A stretch of DNA of 64,000 nucleotides from positions 30,506,001 to 30,570,000 of the forward strand of contig OZ076409.1 in assembly GCA_964187785.1 (NCBI GenBank), in the 5' to 3' direction. The notes below the pieces were generated by a model. It saw only the letters and a list, made by a program, of their open reading frames with translations, had not been told where the DNA came from and made no database searches. Positions 35,313 to 47,600 of the stretch are shown here, one piece after another; position 1 is the first letter of the stretch, and every line of letters starts with the position of its first letter. The stretch is from Amphiscolops sp. MND2022. Taxonomy: Eukaryota. Position numbers and translations under genes: made by a program.

Positions 35313-36359
35313 AATCAATTTTTTGCGAAGCCTTTCAATTCCTATTCTTTGCTAGGAATTGATATCTCTGGCAGAATTTGGCAGGTTTTGAACCTGGAGG
35401 TTTTTAAACACTGTTTTAAACACTTTTTTTAATCAATGTTTTTTATTTATTATTTGATTGACGTACTTCATACGTCTATTTTTCCACAAAATAGACTTTG
35501 CTGTGCGGTCCCTAGGGCATAATTTGTAAAATGCTGTTTTTTTCCAGATCATAAATGAGTAACGTAGGTCAAGAACTGGACCCTATATGGGCTGACTTTG
35601 ATAAAATTGCACCAAAAAAGATAAAAATTTGCAGCTGTGAGTAAATGCATATGTGCTTCTGATGTGGATCGATTAGAGAGACAATTTTTCATGATGATTG
35701 CACGGATACAGAGAATAAGTTTAGAGCAGCGTCAACAACGCAAGCACTTTATGAAGGGGCATCTGCTGCAAAACAACCCCGCATTGACCAGTTTGCTGTA
35801 TCCACCAACCCACTACAAAAAGCGAAATTTGACAAGCAAGCCGGCAGATTTTTCTTTGCGAACAACTCCAAAATGTTGAATCCAACTCATTTGTGGCGAG
35901 TAAAAAACAATGATATCTGATAAAGGAAAAACAAACATAGAAAAATTGCTTCCTACACAACCCAACATAATTTAAGTGCTTGAGGTCAAGGTGATGAAAA
36001 AACAAGCCGGGACCGGCCCAAGTCGGCGCCATACCCAAGGCTCAAAAATAGCAAAAAGACATCCAAGTGTCAAATATTCTTTTTTACAGTACTCGAAAAT
36101 CGAGAATTTTTCAAAAAAAAACAAACTCAAAAAAAATGGACCGAGTGGCGCGCTAAAGTCTCACAATGCCAAAAAACTGAAAGGGGGGACCCTTCGAGGT
36201 TTTTCAACATCCATTCTGTCGCAAAACATCAAAAAAATGCAGGGTGGACCCTTTGGTCTCGCCCGGTATGGTATGTTACGCGGAAAAACAGGAAAAACCT
36301 TTTTGGTTCGGTTCGCTAGGCCAAATAGTGCAATTTGGTGCAATAATGTTTGGTAGAAC

Positions 36360-38613
36360 TGTCACGGCCCGCTCCCGGCCGAGGATACAGTTTCTGCTAC
36401 GTGATGGGCAGAGGAAGAGGGCGCGGGTATTGCAAATACCATTAAACTCACTAATGCGTAAGCTATTTCGATTCTACTTACGGTACAACTAGTTAAATGC
36501 AGATAATTTTTCAGATACAGAATCTAAGGTAAACGCCACGGAATATTTTCAAAAATGATTCTAAGCAAGCTAAAACTTCCGGTCAAATATTTTCACGCGC
36601 AACACTATTTCTTATTTCCGGTTTCGTCTTCTGATTTTTCCATACCAATCTAAATATTAAAACAGAAACATTTTCTAAACGGGATCATTTTCTTTGCTGC
36701 TCCACACTGAAATAAAAACATCAAAACTAATAATTAACTCCGAGACGCCAACGGAGTTCATACGACCTAAAATAGAAAACACACAAATATAGAGGACGTA
36801 TTTTCTCCGGTATTAAAATAGTTGTCAAATATCTGTTTAAGACCCCAGTCAAGTGATTCTAAACAAATGTTTACAACGTTTTGACTGCGTCACTCAACTA
36901 AGCTAATAATGGGTGTTTCTATTTTTACGGACCAATAGCGTCGTTCCTTAATTGAATTATTTGAGCTCGAGCTAATAGAAACCGCGCTTGGTTGCCCCTA
37001 GCAACGCCAATTAGCTGAAAGAAAGAATGAATTCGCCTACGCTCTCCGCTTTAACTCCGTCAGCCATTGTTGCTTGGCTATAACAAACCTTAATACGTAC
37101 GGAGCAACTACGGAGCGAATTGTAAAATTGTATTCCGCCGCTCAGCTATAGTTGATCTTAATACGTACGGAGCATCTACGGAGCAGTTCGTAAAATAGTA
37201 GCAATGGAGCATTGGTTTAAACGGAAATCAAACGAGGTTTTTCTGAATCGACGCACTTAAAGGATTTTGGAAAAAAGTCCTCATGTAAAAGGTTGTACCG
37301 TAAAGAGAAGTTAAAACTATGATTGAAGGGTAACGATACTGTGCTATTATGATAATCTCCTAAATCACGTTTACCTTACGTTACACTGAGAGTTTTCATG
37401 TATTAGGTAGTTAGTGAATTATCGCTAAAATATTTCACAGAACGTAACTTAAGTTTAACGTCGAATCCAAACCAGGTGCTTTTCCTGTAGAATGACCTTC
37501 TTATTCATTTATATACGATGTTCATTCGGGTGCAAAGTAATTGTTCTTTTCAGGTATATTTTTCTTACCTATTTGTACTCTGTATTTTGTACTTGCTACG
37601 AGATGGCCATGTATAGGTCAAATTTGAGTTTACTGTAGATGTGGCTGTTCGGTTTATACGAATTAATTGTTGGTCATCATTATATTTTCCTAGCATTGTT
37701 TTGTTCCTCAATAATATCCAAATATCCGCATTCCCAAATTCCCTTTGCTCCGTTTCAGTTCCGCTACAATTTTTGCGAGTCATTCTTTTGCTTCGAATCT
37801 CAACTTTCTTGAATTGGGAATTGACTAATTGATCACGCCGGCGTTTTCTTAAAATGTTAGTTAGACTTTTATTTTGCCGGAATTTTGAGGCTTAGACAGG
37901 AAGTGAACAGTCTGAACAAAAACGATTTCAACAAGCATTACGGAATAACGACGCAACTAGGAATTTTGATACCTGATTTTATGACGCGGGACTGAAATAA
38001 TTTGAATCATTAGCGTTTTTTGATGAACAAACCCGACTTCTACAAAACCTAGGATTTTTTAGGTGAAGAACAAATGATGCTGGGAAGGTATAAATACTTA
38101 GTCAGAACATGTAAATTTAGTTAGTTAATTTTGCGAGTTGTAATAAAGTTAAACTGTTCCGTTGCTTTAACGTTAAACAAAAATCTTCTTCGAAGAATTC
38201 ACCTCTTGCCGGAGAACCTAGTTTTCCAACTGCAAAAATGACAACTGGAAGTCACAAAAGGAAAGCTGTAGCTGAGTTAGTTTCTGGAGACTTTGAAACC
38301 CCTATAGCCGAAAACTCTCCGTCTGAAAACCTCGTAGCTATTTCTAGCAAGATCCTAGAGTGGAACCTGAGAGTCTGATTGAGGTAAAACATCTCTAAGG
38401 ATAGAAATCTTGTCTGATTTAACCAAAATACTTGCAGAAAACCAAAAGGAAATGCTTAAACTGATAGCACCTTCAAACAAAAACAAACTGTCCACGTGAA
38501 CGTTCAAGACTCTGATTCTGAACCTGAAAATGTTTCCGTAACAAGGACGTCCACTCCCGTCAAAATTCACACTGCGACTAACTCTAAAACAACACCGGTA
38601 AATAGATGTAACA
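36360..38613 (+). repeat. 5' LTR of element B (2254 bp)
   Basis: TGTCACGG...GTAACA, colinear with 49638-51832. Confidence 0.97.
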
Positions 38614-39632
38614 TGGTGAAAGGAGTCCTCAATGACTCTACAAACCAACTCACAAAGAGACCAAAACGCACACAAGCTGAACCAACGAAAGACCGCCCAT
38701 CCACATCAAAGATATTGTTCGCACCCCAAACGCAGACATTCCCATCTACCAATCTATTTCCGATGCCAAAAGCAGTCACCGCTTCGCTTCCAGTCTTCGT
38801 TGGTGAGGCCGAAAGGTTTGAACTTTTTGAGGACCTATTCAGAAATAATATCAAAGTGTACCCCCATCTAACGGAAGTTCAAAAAAAATACTTCAACTCA
38901 CTGCTACGAGGAAACGCGCTACAAGCGTATTGCAACCTTGAAGATACCAAAAAAGACATTTTAGAAGAAGTCATCACGGCCTTCAAACGTCGTTTTGGCG
39001 ATTTTCAATTAGCAGCCAAAGCAAGATGTGAGTGGGACGCGTTGCATTTTGACCCCAATAAGCAGAAACATCACGAGTTCCTCAACATGCTCCAAAAAAC
39101 CGCAAAGGAGGCGTTTGGCCCAGAAGCGCAAAAATTCATTGATAAAGCAATATACGCCAAAATTCCGCACCACGTCAAAAAGATCCTTAACAGCGCATAT
39201 TTAGAAGATAACCCTACAATGACATAGTTTTGCATCTTGAGAGGAAAATGGGACTAAACGGACTAGGTGTGCCTGATGAAACAACCCTACTCCCACTCAA
39301 CACAGTGGACGCTGTGGTGACGGACGATAGAAAAGACCAACAGCAACGAGGCCATTGCTTCCACTGCGGCAAATATGGCCACTATAAAGCACAGTGTCGC
39401 AGACTCTAAAGAGAACGTTACAATACCGCCAAAACAACCACAAAAGACAGCCCAAAATGAAGTACCCAAACCCAAACGTAATACATGTGGCAAGATGCAC
39501 AAAACTGAGAACTGTTGGAACGGAGCCAATGTGGCAAATGACCCCAGAATGAAGAAACGAGAATTCACCATCCCAACCAACGAAATCAGTAAACAACCCG
39601 TACCCACCCCGTCCTCCCAGCAAAAAAACTAA
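38238..39632 (+). pseudogene. gag: Element B gag (starts in the LTR; frameshifted copy)
   Basis: ATG at 38238 (MTT.S.KRKAVAEL); FELFEDLFRNNIK; CFHCGKYGHYKAQC and CGKMHKTENC knuckles; ends QQKN*. Confidence 0.9.
38614..38625 (+). promoter_or_regulatory. Primer binding site of element B (TGGTGAAAGGAG)
   Basis: Immediately follows the LTR-terminal CA. One mismatch from element A's TGGTGACAGGAG. Confidence 0.75.
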
Positions 39633-39700
39633 AATCGCCGCACCTACGATTTGGGGAAAAAGTAGACGCGAGGGCGTATACGGTAGAGGACCCCCCAAAC
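39623..39700 (+). promoter_or_regulatory. Predicted -1 ribosomal frameshift signal (A AAA AAC plus stem/pseudoknot)
   Basis: The heptamer at 39623-39629 lies directly before the gag stop. The -1 frame is open into ORF 39776. Imperfect stem CGCACCTAC/GTAGACGCG, whose loop TTTGGGG is complementary to CCCCAAA at ~39693. Confidence 0.75.
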
Positions 39701-42700
39701 AGACATGAAGAAGATTTTTTAACCGAATGTAATGAAGAACCAACTCAAGACTGGCAACGCCGTTGGAACGTAGGCATGATACTCAGGCATAACGCCAGAC
39801 ACCCCGAAGATCCAACACCACTGCCCCAGTGGAAAACCGAGTCGGCCGATAACTATGTGACACTCAAAAGACTGTTGCCGAAATCAAAAACAGAACGAAT
39901 TTATATATATGACAGAGACTACAGATGTGACTCCTGGGATGAACCAACTATCTATGACACAAATGAACTGTCTTTCAAAATCCAGGTTTCAAATCCTCAA
40001 GCCCAATCTACGGAGATCACAAACTTACCATCACCACCGTCACCGATCCTGAAAAGAACAACACCATCTCCACCAGCACCCGTCACCATCACATCCACAC
40101 CGATAGATGCAGAGAACATCATCTGCATTGAGGATAAAACAATATGGGCACATCAAGAAAGAGAAAAACGAGAGTGGCGACCCTACCGTAACACCTCCAA
40201 AAACGCGCCCGCCATGGCACTGACAAACGACGACGTAGAAATCACGGAATGTCCCTCAAAACTGCCTGAAGATTTAGATGCCATCAAGGAATTCATTCAA
40301 CATGACAAAAATGACGACTACATTCCGTTAATGTCCGCCATCGCTCTCAAGAAGAAAAAACGAATGCTTTTCCTACCAGTTGAATTCAACACAGTCAAAA
40401 TCGACGCCTTAGTCGACTCAGCTGCGTACATTAACGCTATTAGTGAAAGGGATGCTGAAAAACTCCGCCAGAACGCTAGTCAATGTATTGTCAATAAAGC
40501 ACCCCCACCCCTTTCAAAGTACAGTACGCTAAAGCCGAATTAGAACAACCATTCGCCACGTACGCTTCAAAATAGGGGACTACACCTTCGAAGAAACATT
40601 CATCATCATGAATCAAACGTCATTTCCCATGATCGGATTGGCGTTCCTACGAAAACACGCCGCAATTCTCGACACTGCACAAGGAACAATTGACTTCCCC
40701 AAGATCCAAATAACGATGGCACTCACAGATGAAAGTCAAAAGTGCAATCCCAAACCCATCACAACAAAGACCGAAGCCAAGCACACAATTCCTGCGCACT
40801 CTACCCGAATTATCTACGCAGCAATCCCCGTGAGTACAGAACATCCAATAACTGGCACAATACAACCCTTACCGCAATTTGACGAATGCGCGAAAGTAAT
40901 AGTAGCCCCAGCAATCACCACAGCCAGAGATAAAAAGGTACCAATTAAAATCGCCAATACCACAGATTTCCCATACACAATAGCTACTGACACCAAAATA
41001 GCCAAACTACAAATTCTGAAACCCGAAGAAACGAAAATGATCCGTCCAGTCGACATAGCTGCCCTGAACCTTCTCACCGAACACGACGATGTGGTCACGT
41101 ACATTAATGCATTAATGCAAGTAGAACGACCCGAAGATAATGAAGAGAAATTCTGGTTCCCAACTCCAGAACACCCAGGCAATGAACAAGAACATTCGCC
41201 CATACAAAAGAGAATCTTGAAAGAACTACGAGACCTTGCTGAATTAGAAAAATTCGACCCAACCGAAAATGAAGAGTCCCGAAGCAACTTCCTATCCATG
41301 TTCAAATGGACAGATTCACTGATTACGGGTAACGACCGCAAAAACCTTGAAGACACCATTGTCGAATTTAATGACATCTTTGCCCGACACCGACTAGACA
41401 TCGGGATGAACACGCAATTTAAAGTCAGCCTAACCCCACAGGACGACAAACCAGTCTACACACAAAACCTACCCGTCCCCATCAACCTCAAAGAAGATCT
41501 GACTGTGGAACTGTCTCTCATGCATCGATACGGTATCATCACGACACTCCCCTTCTCCAAGTACACCAGTCCCATATTTGTACAACGGAAACCCAACGGC
41601 AAGCTGCGACTACTGGTGGATCTGCGCAAAATCAACGCACTCATAGCAGATGACTACATCAACAACAACCACCCTGTCAGCACCCTCTCAGATGCGGCAC
41701 AACACCTAGCAGGGAAGAAACTATTTTGCAAGCTTGACTGCTCCCAGGCAAAATGGCAGATCAAAGGTCAGTAGAATTATTTGCTTTCAATTTTGCTAGT
41801 AGGACGTTCGCCTACCGTCGCCTGGCACAAGGACTAAGCAGAGCTTTATCAGCCTTTTCGAGCTTTATGCGTGTCTGGATTCAGTCATCAAAGCGGATCA
41901 ATGTGCACAATATGTAGATGACATTGGAACCGCCGCAAATACAACGGAACAGCTCATAAAGACCATCAGAGCAGTCTTCAAGTGTATTAGAGAGGCAGGA
42001 TTAAAACTGACCATCGAAAAATGTCACTTTGGAGTAACCCAAATCGAATTCCTTGGACGAACCATCACCCCTGACGGAGTAGCTCCGCAACTTCAAAAAG
42101 TCAAAAATTTCCTCTCCAGAGTTCGCTTCCCCAAATCCAAAAAGCAGGTTCAAAAAGATATTGGCTTTGTCAACTACTACCGCAATTACATACCGCGCTT
42201 ATTTGAAAAACTCATTGGCATGTACGAACTTCTCAAAGCAGACTCCAAAATCAGAATCTCAGAGGAACTTGTAGATAACTTTAAAGAAATTAACGCCAGC
42301 TTAGCGGAAGCTCGTGGACTTGCACTCCGACAGCCCATAGCAGTACGTTCTAATGACGGACGCAAGCTTCCGTGCATCTGGTTACGCCCTCATGATTGAA
42401 GAGAACGATGAACGCAAACTACTCTCCAAACGGAAAACTTTCGCACCAGTAGCGTTCGGATCACGAGTTTTCTCACCTGCACAACTCAAAATGTCCATTT
42501 ACTGCAAGGAATTCTTGGCAATCTACCACGCCTTCCTTGAATACAGCCATATACTATGGGAGACAACAATTCCGACGCTGGTCTTGACGGACAACCGCTC
42601 AGTAACCAGATTTTTCAGACTAAAACAACACCACCTGCACTGTGAAATGCCTGCGACTACGTACTTCAGTTCAAATTCCGGATCATGCACGTAGCGGGCT

Positions 42701-44457
42701 TCCAGAACACAGCAGCCGACTTTCTCTCAAGACTTGAACTCACACCGAAAGAGAAGGTACAACTTAATCTACGAGACGACATCCTAACGTCACCAATTGA
42801 GGTTAATCTAGAATCATCAGATGTAGCCGATGAAGAACAACTTTTCTTCCTACCAGATGAAGAAGAAGAATCCGAACAAGAAATCTTTGCACGAAAAGCA
42901 CTCAGCAAGCGACGTGCTATCGACGAACACGAGAAAGAACTATCAACAAAAGTAACCGAAGTCATCAAGATACCGCTCAACTCCGCAGTCTACTCGTTCG
43001 ACGCAATCAAGGAAAATGCACGGATCAGAAACGAACAAGATGCAGATCCTCTCCTCAAAGCACTGAAACAACGGATCTCACACGAAGAATATGACAAACA
43101 CCTTCTCAAAACTGAAGCACGAGGACGAAACCTATTACGCCACGAAGAAAGAATCATAATGAAAGATGGAGTTCTAATGCGGAAGTACTACGGAGAAGAC
43201 GGATCAGTTACACACAACCAAATCATAATCCCAAAACACCTAGTCCCAGAACTTTTGTCCACTCTGCATGGAAAAACAAATAAACACCCAGGAATCACTA
43301 AAATGATACAGGAATGCAGAGCGAAATACTACTTCCCGGGCCTTGCCCGCAAAATCAGAGCTTGGGTAACCAGTTGTCCAGATTTCATTGCCAACAACAG
43401 AATTGAGACGAGACAGATACGTCCCAAAATGCTAAGCAACACTGAAATCACAATGGGACCAGAAGACTGCCTAGAGTTAGACATCTTACCAAACCTACCT
43501 TCCTCAAATGGATACCAACACAGCATAACGATGATGGACGTCTTCTCTCGCTACCTTTTCGCATACCCGACGCGGGACATGACAGCAAAAACAGTGGCAC
43601 GATGCATAATTGATGTCATGACAAGGCATTGCTACCTACCAACCGTCATACTAACGGATAAAGGATCACAGTTCAGATCGGAGGTAGTCAACCAAATAGC
43701 CCAAACGCTTGACATACGGATAAGCCACGCATCAACGAAACATGCTCAAACAATCGGCATCTTAGAACGAACACATGCTTCTTTGAAAACTTCACTGAAA
43801 ATATCAACGGGAGAACGCCGTTCCATGTGGCACAAATACGTCCAAATTGCAGTCATGAACTACAATACAAGCTACCACGAGAGCTTAGGGTGTGAACCCA
43901 CGACAGTGTGCCACGGACGCATCCCGTACAACATCCTAGACATCAAACTTGGACTGAAGCCCATTTGGAAGAATGACAACACCGAAGAATTAACGGAACA
44001 ACTACAAAAGCAAACAGCCGAAATCCATCAAGCCGCTAAAGACAATCTAATGCAGTCCTACCTCAAATACAAACAGTACTACGACAAGAAAGCAACAGCT
44101 ACGCGTACAAAGAACGGAAAATGAAGTGGTTAAAACAACCACGATCGAAACTACAACTGAAAATGACGTGGTTCAAACAACCACAAATGAGAATACTGAA
44201 GGGAATAGAACATCCTCCGACAACGTTACGTCATTCAACCTAGATGTCAGCGATAACCCTTATATTTTGACCCCACCGCCGTTACAAAGCCCCCCCCCCC
44301 AAAAAAAACTCCTGAACTACCGCCTATTCTTGTTGGATATAATCCTAGAAAAGTGGGCAGATACAATTTACGACCTAACCCAAGACCTAATGTGAACCCT
44401 GACTTCAGAATGCTTGACTCAGTAGCTACGGAAGACTCACGTCCAACTCAAGCCTAG
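39623..44457 (+). pseudogene. pol: Element B pol (PR, RT, RNase H, integrase), frameshifted, with a deletion after the integrase core
   Basis: ALVDSAAYINAISE; FWFPTPE; KLDCSQA; YVDD at 41911; TDASFRASG; HGKTNKHPG; LDILP..MDVFSRYLF..TDKGSQF..LERTH. There is a jump at ~44103 after YYDKKATA. Ends GRYNLRPNPRPN..QA*. Confidence 0.95.
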
Positions 44458-44617
44458 ATGAAATATATAGCAAACCAAACCGGAGTGGCAATGTTAAATT
44501 TTTAAACTTCTCTAAAGGTACAAAACCAAAAAACGGACAACTAACGTGCCCTAGAGAAATACAACAATTAAGAAAATCAACACTTCACAAAACTAAAATT
44601 GGGTTTGAAAGCATTCA

Positions 44618-47600
44618 TCATACCTTGAACGAGATATCAGGATCCCTTTCCTCACTAGAACTTCTTTTACGATTCTTCTTATTGACTTTCACCTTCTTTG
44701 ACGAAACAGACTGCCCAGCACCCTTGTCAGCAGACTTGGATGTAGACGCACCGACATAAGAAGACGTCGTCCCTCCCTTCGCCTTCTTGGACACACTACT
44801 CACATTGCTACCCGTCTCTGACCCGGAAGCCGCAGCATTAACTCGAGCAAGCCTGTTAGCTTTATTGCTGTCCTCATAATACTTCTCGGAAGCTTTGCGA
44901 CGTCCCAATAGATATGAACAATACAATTTTTGATAATCAGCAACAAAGGAATCTACAGCAGGATCACATTATTTTTTCCAAATGTCATACCCAGGAGAAA
45001 CATAAAATACTCCAGCATCTGCGATAGCACATCGAACTGCATCCAAAGTTACATCAGTAAAAAATAGCTGATGTTCGTAACCCGCACTCAATTCGCAGGA
45101 CTGCACAAGACGCAAACAACATTCGAAAGCAGTTTTGCTCAATAAACTACCACTAAGATCAAATGTCACCTGGGGATAATTCACACGAGGCAACCCAACA
45201 ACGAGACAGCATAATTTCAGTACACGACAGACCTCCGGACGAGCACGAAAACTGAAATCACGAAGTAAATGTTTCTCTACAACATAACTACTAAATTGTG
45301 CAACTGCCGCGTTTGACTCGTCCGATGATAATACACCACAACTGACGAAGGACCGGGTCAAGTCAGCGAATAATGAAAAAACAGCATGCTCATCACCCTC
45401 CAGCAGAATCTCAGGGCTAAAACTACAGAGTCCCTTAGTAATCGTTGATGACACACTAGGACTGTTCAGCACAACAGTAACCAACTGATCCAAAAAGTCG
45501 CGGCAGTGCACACGGAACTCTTGAGCTTCAGATGTCTTCCCAGCAAGCAATTCACGACCGAAATCACAATTGTCCAAGAAAGTATCAATTGGAGCAACGG
45601 GATACACAGATACCTTCTTCACGTCCATGTAGTCTTCCCAATCATGAATGCCAGGCAACGAAGAAGGTACGCGAGTCTTCAATAACATACAGTAAACGAA
45701 ATGGCACAATTCACTGTACCCATGAAATCCGTAATCCTTCCGTCGCTGAAGCATCTTCGCGAAATTGATATAGACTGAAACAACACCAAAGTTAGAAAAG
45801 GGAAGAACAGCGGTACCAGACAAGCCGACAGAACTACAAACATCAATCGGAAGAAACAGTCACCAAGAACGGAAACAAAATAGTATAATCACACCAAGAC
45901 GCCATACTTACACGTATCGAGAACAAACCGTAGCAGACCAAAACGCTGCACGATCATGATATCAGCAATCAAATGCCAATTTGTTTCTAACATCTGGAAA
46001 GCAAAGACAACATCTGTACAGATACTCATACACAATACAAGGACAAACGTTTTAGACAGCGCAATAGTACTAACACTGGCAGATTTCCCACGTTCTTCGG
46101 GATTAACAGTACAACGGATGAAAGGACGAATCGTATGCCACAGCTCAATCAAGTCCGTCAGCACTTCGCGATAATCGCAAAAATCTACGGAGCCCTTTCG
46201 GAGACATCTACCCAGCACAATTTTGTCTTCCGTCCACTCTTCATACACTGCGTTCCTGAGACGATGGACAACATACTCTACAATAGTAGTCAATAGTAGT
46301 CACTTCTACCATCCCAAATATGTCTTGATGAGCCTGCCGCAGGGACTGTAGAAAGAGTTCCTCGGTGAACCCCTGATGCACCACAAAACGGCGACCATCC
46401 GTACGGTTATCACCGATAACCTTCAAAAAGCTGGGACTGGCTCCAACAACAGAGAGTGGCATCTGCTTTGACTCCAAACTATGGATAACACGAGAAAGGG
46501 GACCAATTCCGAGCTTGGCATAGGCTGATCAACAGGTTCACTGACCACACAAATTTTCTTCAGATGCTCTTCCTCCCAAAAGAGGACGAAAGAGTGCTCC
46601 ACAAATGCATCTTTTTCAAATTGCACACTGTAGTCTTTAAAAGTAGCAATATCATTGGCCATCAAACGGATCACCCGCGGAGCAAGGCCCTGACAGAGGA
46701 AAGACTGAAACAAAATCACACACCATGAGTAGTAATCGCTCATACTCCGAACAGAAGGAAAAAGAATACGAAGGAAAACAAGAGAAAACGGAAAATACGA
46801 CAACTAAACGGTTATAAATTACAACTTACCACAGTCTCAGATCGACTCCAACTCACGGAGAAATCAGGCTTCTGCTTGCCCAACGAAAGGCAAAAGTGAC
46901 TCCAGAGCTGACGGACGAGCGTAAAATCACCCCCAACACGGAGCAGATCACAGAGAGAGCCCACAAGAGTCATGAACGGGATCTTCGAGCCCACCCGAGA
47001 ATGTTTCGGAAGAAGTTCCTCAGGGAACGGATAGCCCTCTCCCAATTCCACGAAAGGCTTCGCGCGATACTCTGCCAACTGCTCCTCACTTAACTGCATA
47101 GGCTCCATCAACCTGTTCAACACTGGCATGCCCATGTGAACGCGTTACACGACATCCTTGAACCAATGTCCATCGGATTGGAAATGCCGGGCAAATTCAC
47201 GGGATCCATGAGCGTTCATAGCCACATCGCGTTTACACACGACACAGTGAAAATGCGTCCCTACTCCGCGCTTGGAACCACTCACAAAACTAGGGTATGC
47301 AGGATGCGAATCCAACATACGTCAATGCAACATGTTTTTCCGAGTGTATTTCTTTACCTTTGGACGTTTGCCCACCTGCTCATCCACCTTGGCAGTCAGC
47401 TCGCTGAAACCTACACCAGAACACCAATAGAACAATCTCAGGAAGCACCACACAATGAAACAAACCTAGAAGCAGTACGGAACAGAGACGAACAAAAAAA
47501 AGAGAACACTTACTATTCCGAATCGTCCGGTCGGTCCGCGTATCAACCTCATCCACAATTTGTTGACTCAGAAGCTTCAGATGTTCTGGGTTCAGGGCAA

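Noticed and set aside
40814..41449. 211-aa minus-strand ORF and similar ORFs opposite pol genes
   Set aside because: These are antisense shadows of pol coding sequence.
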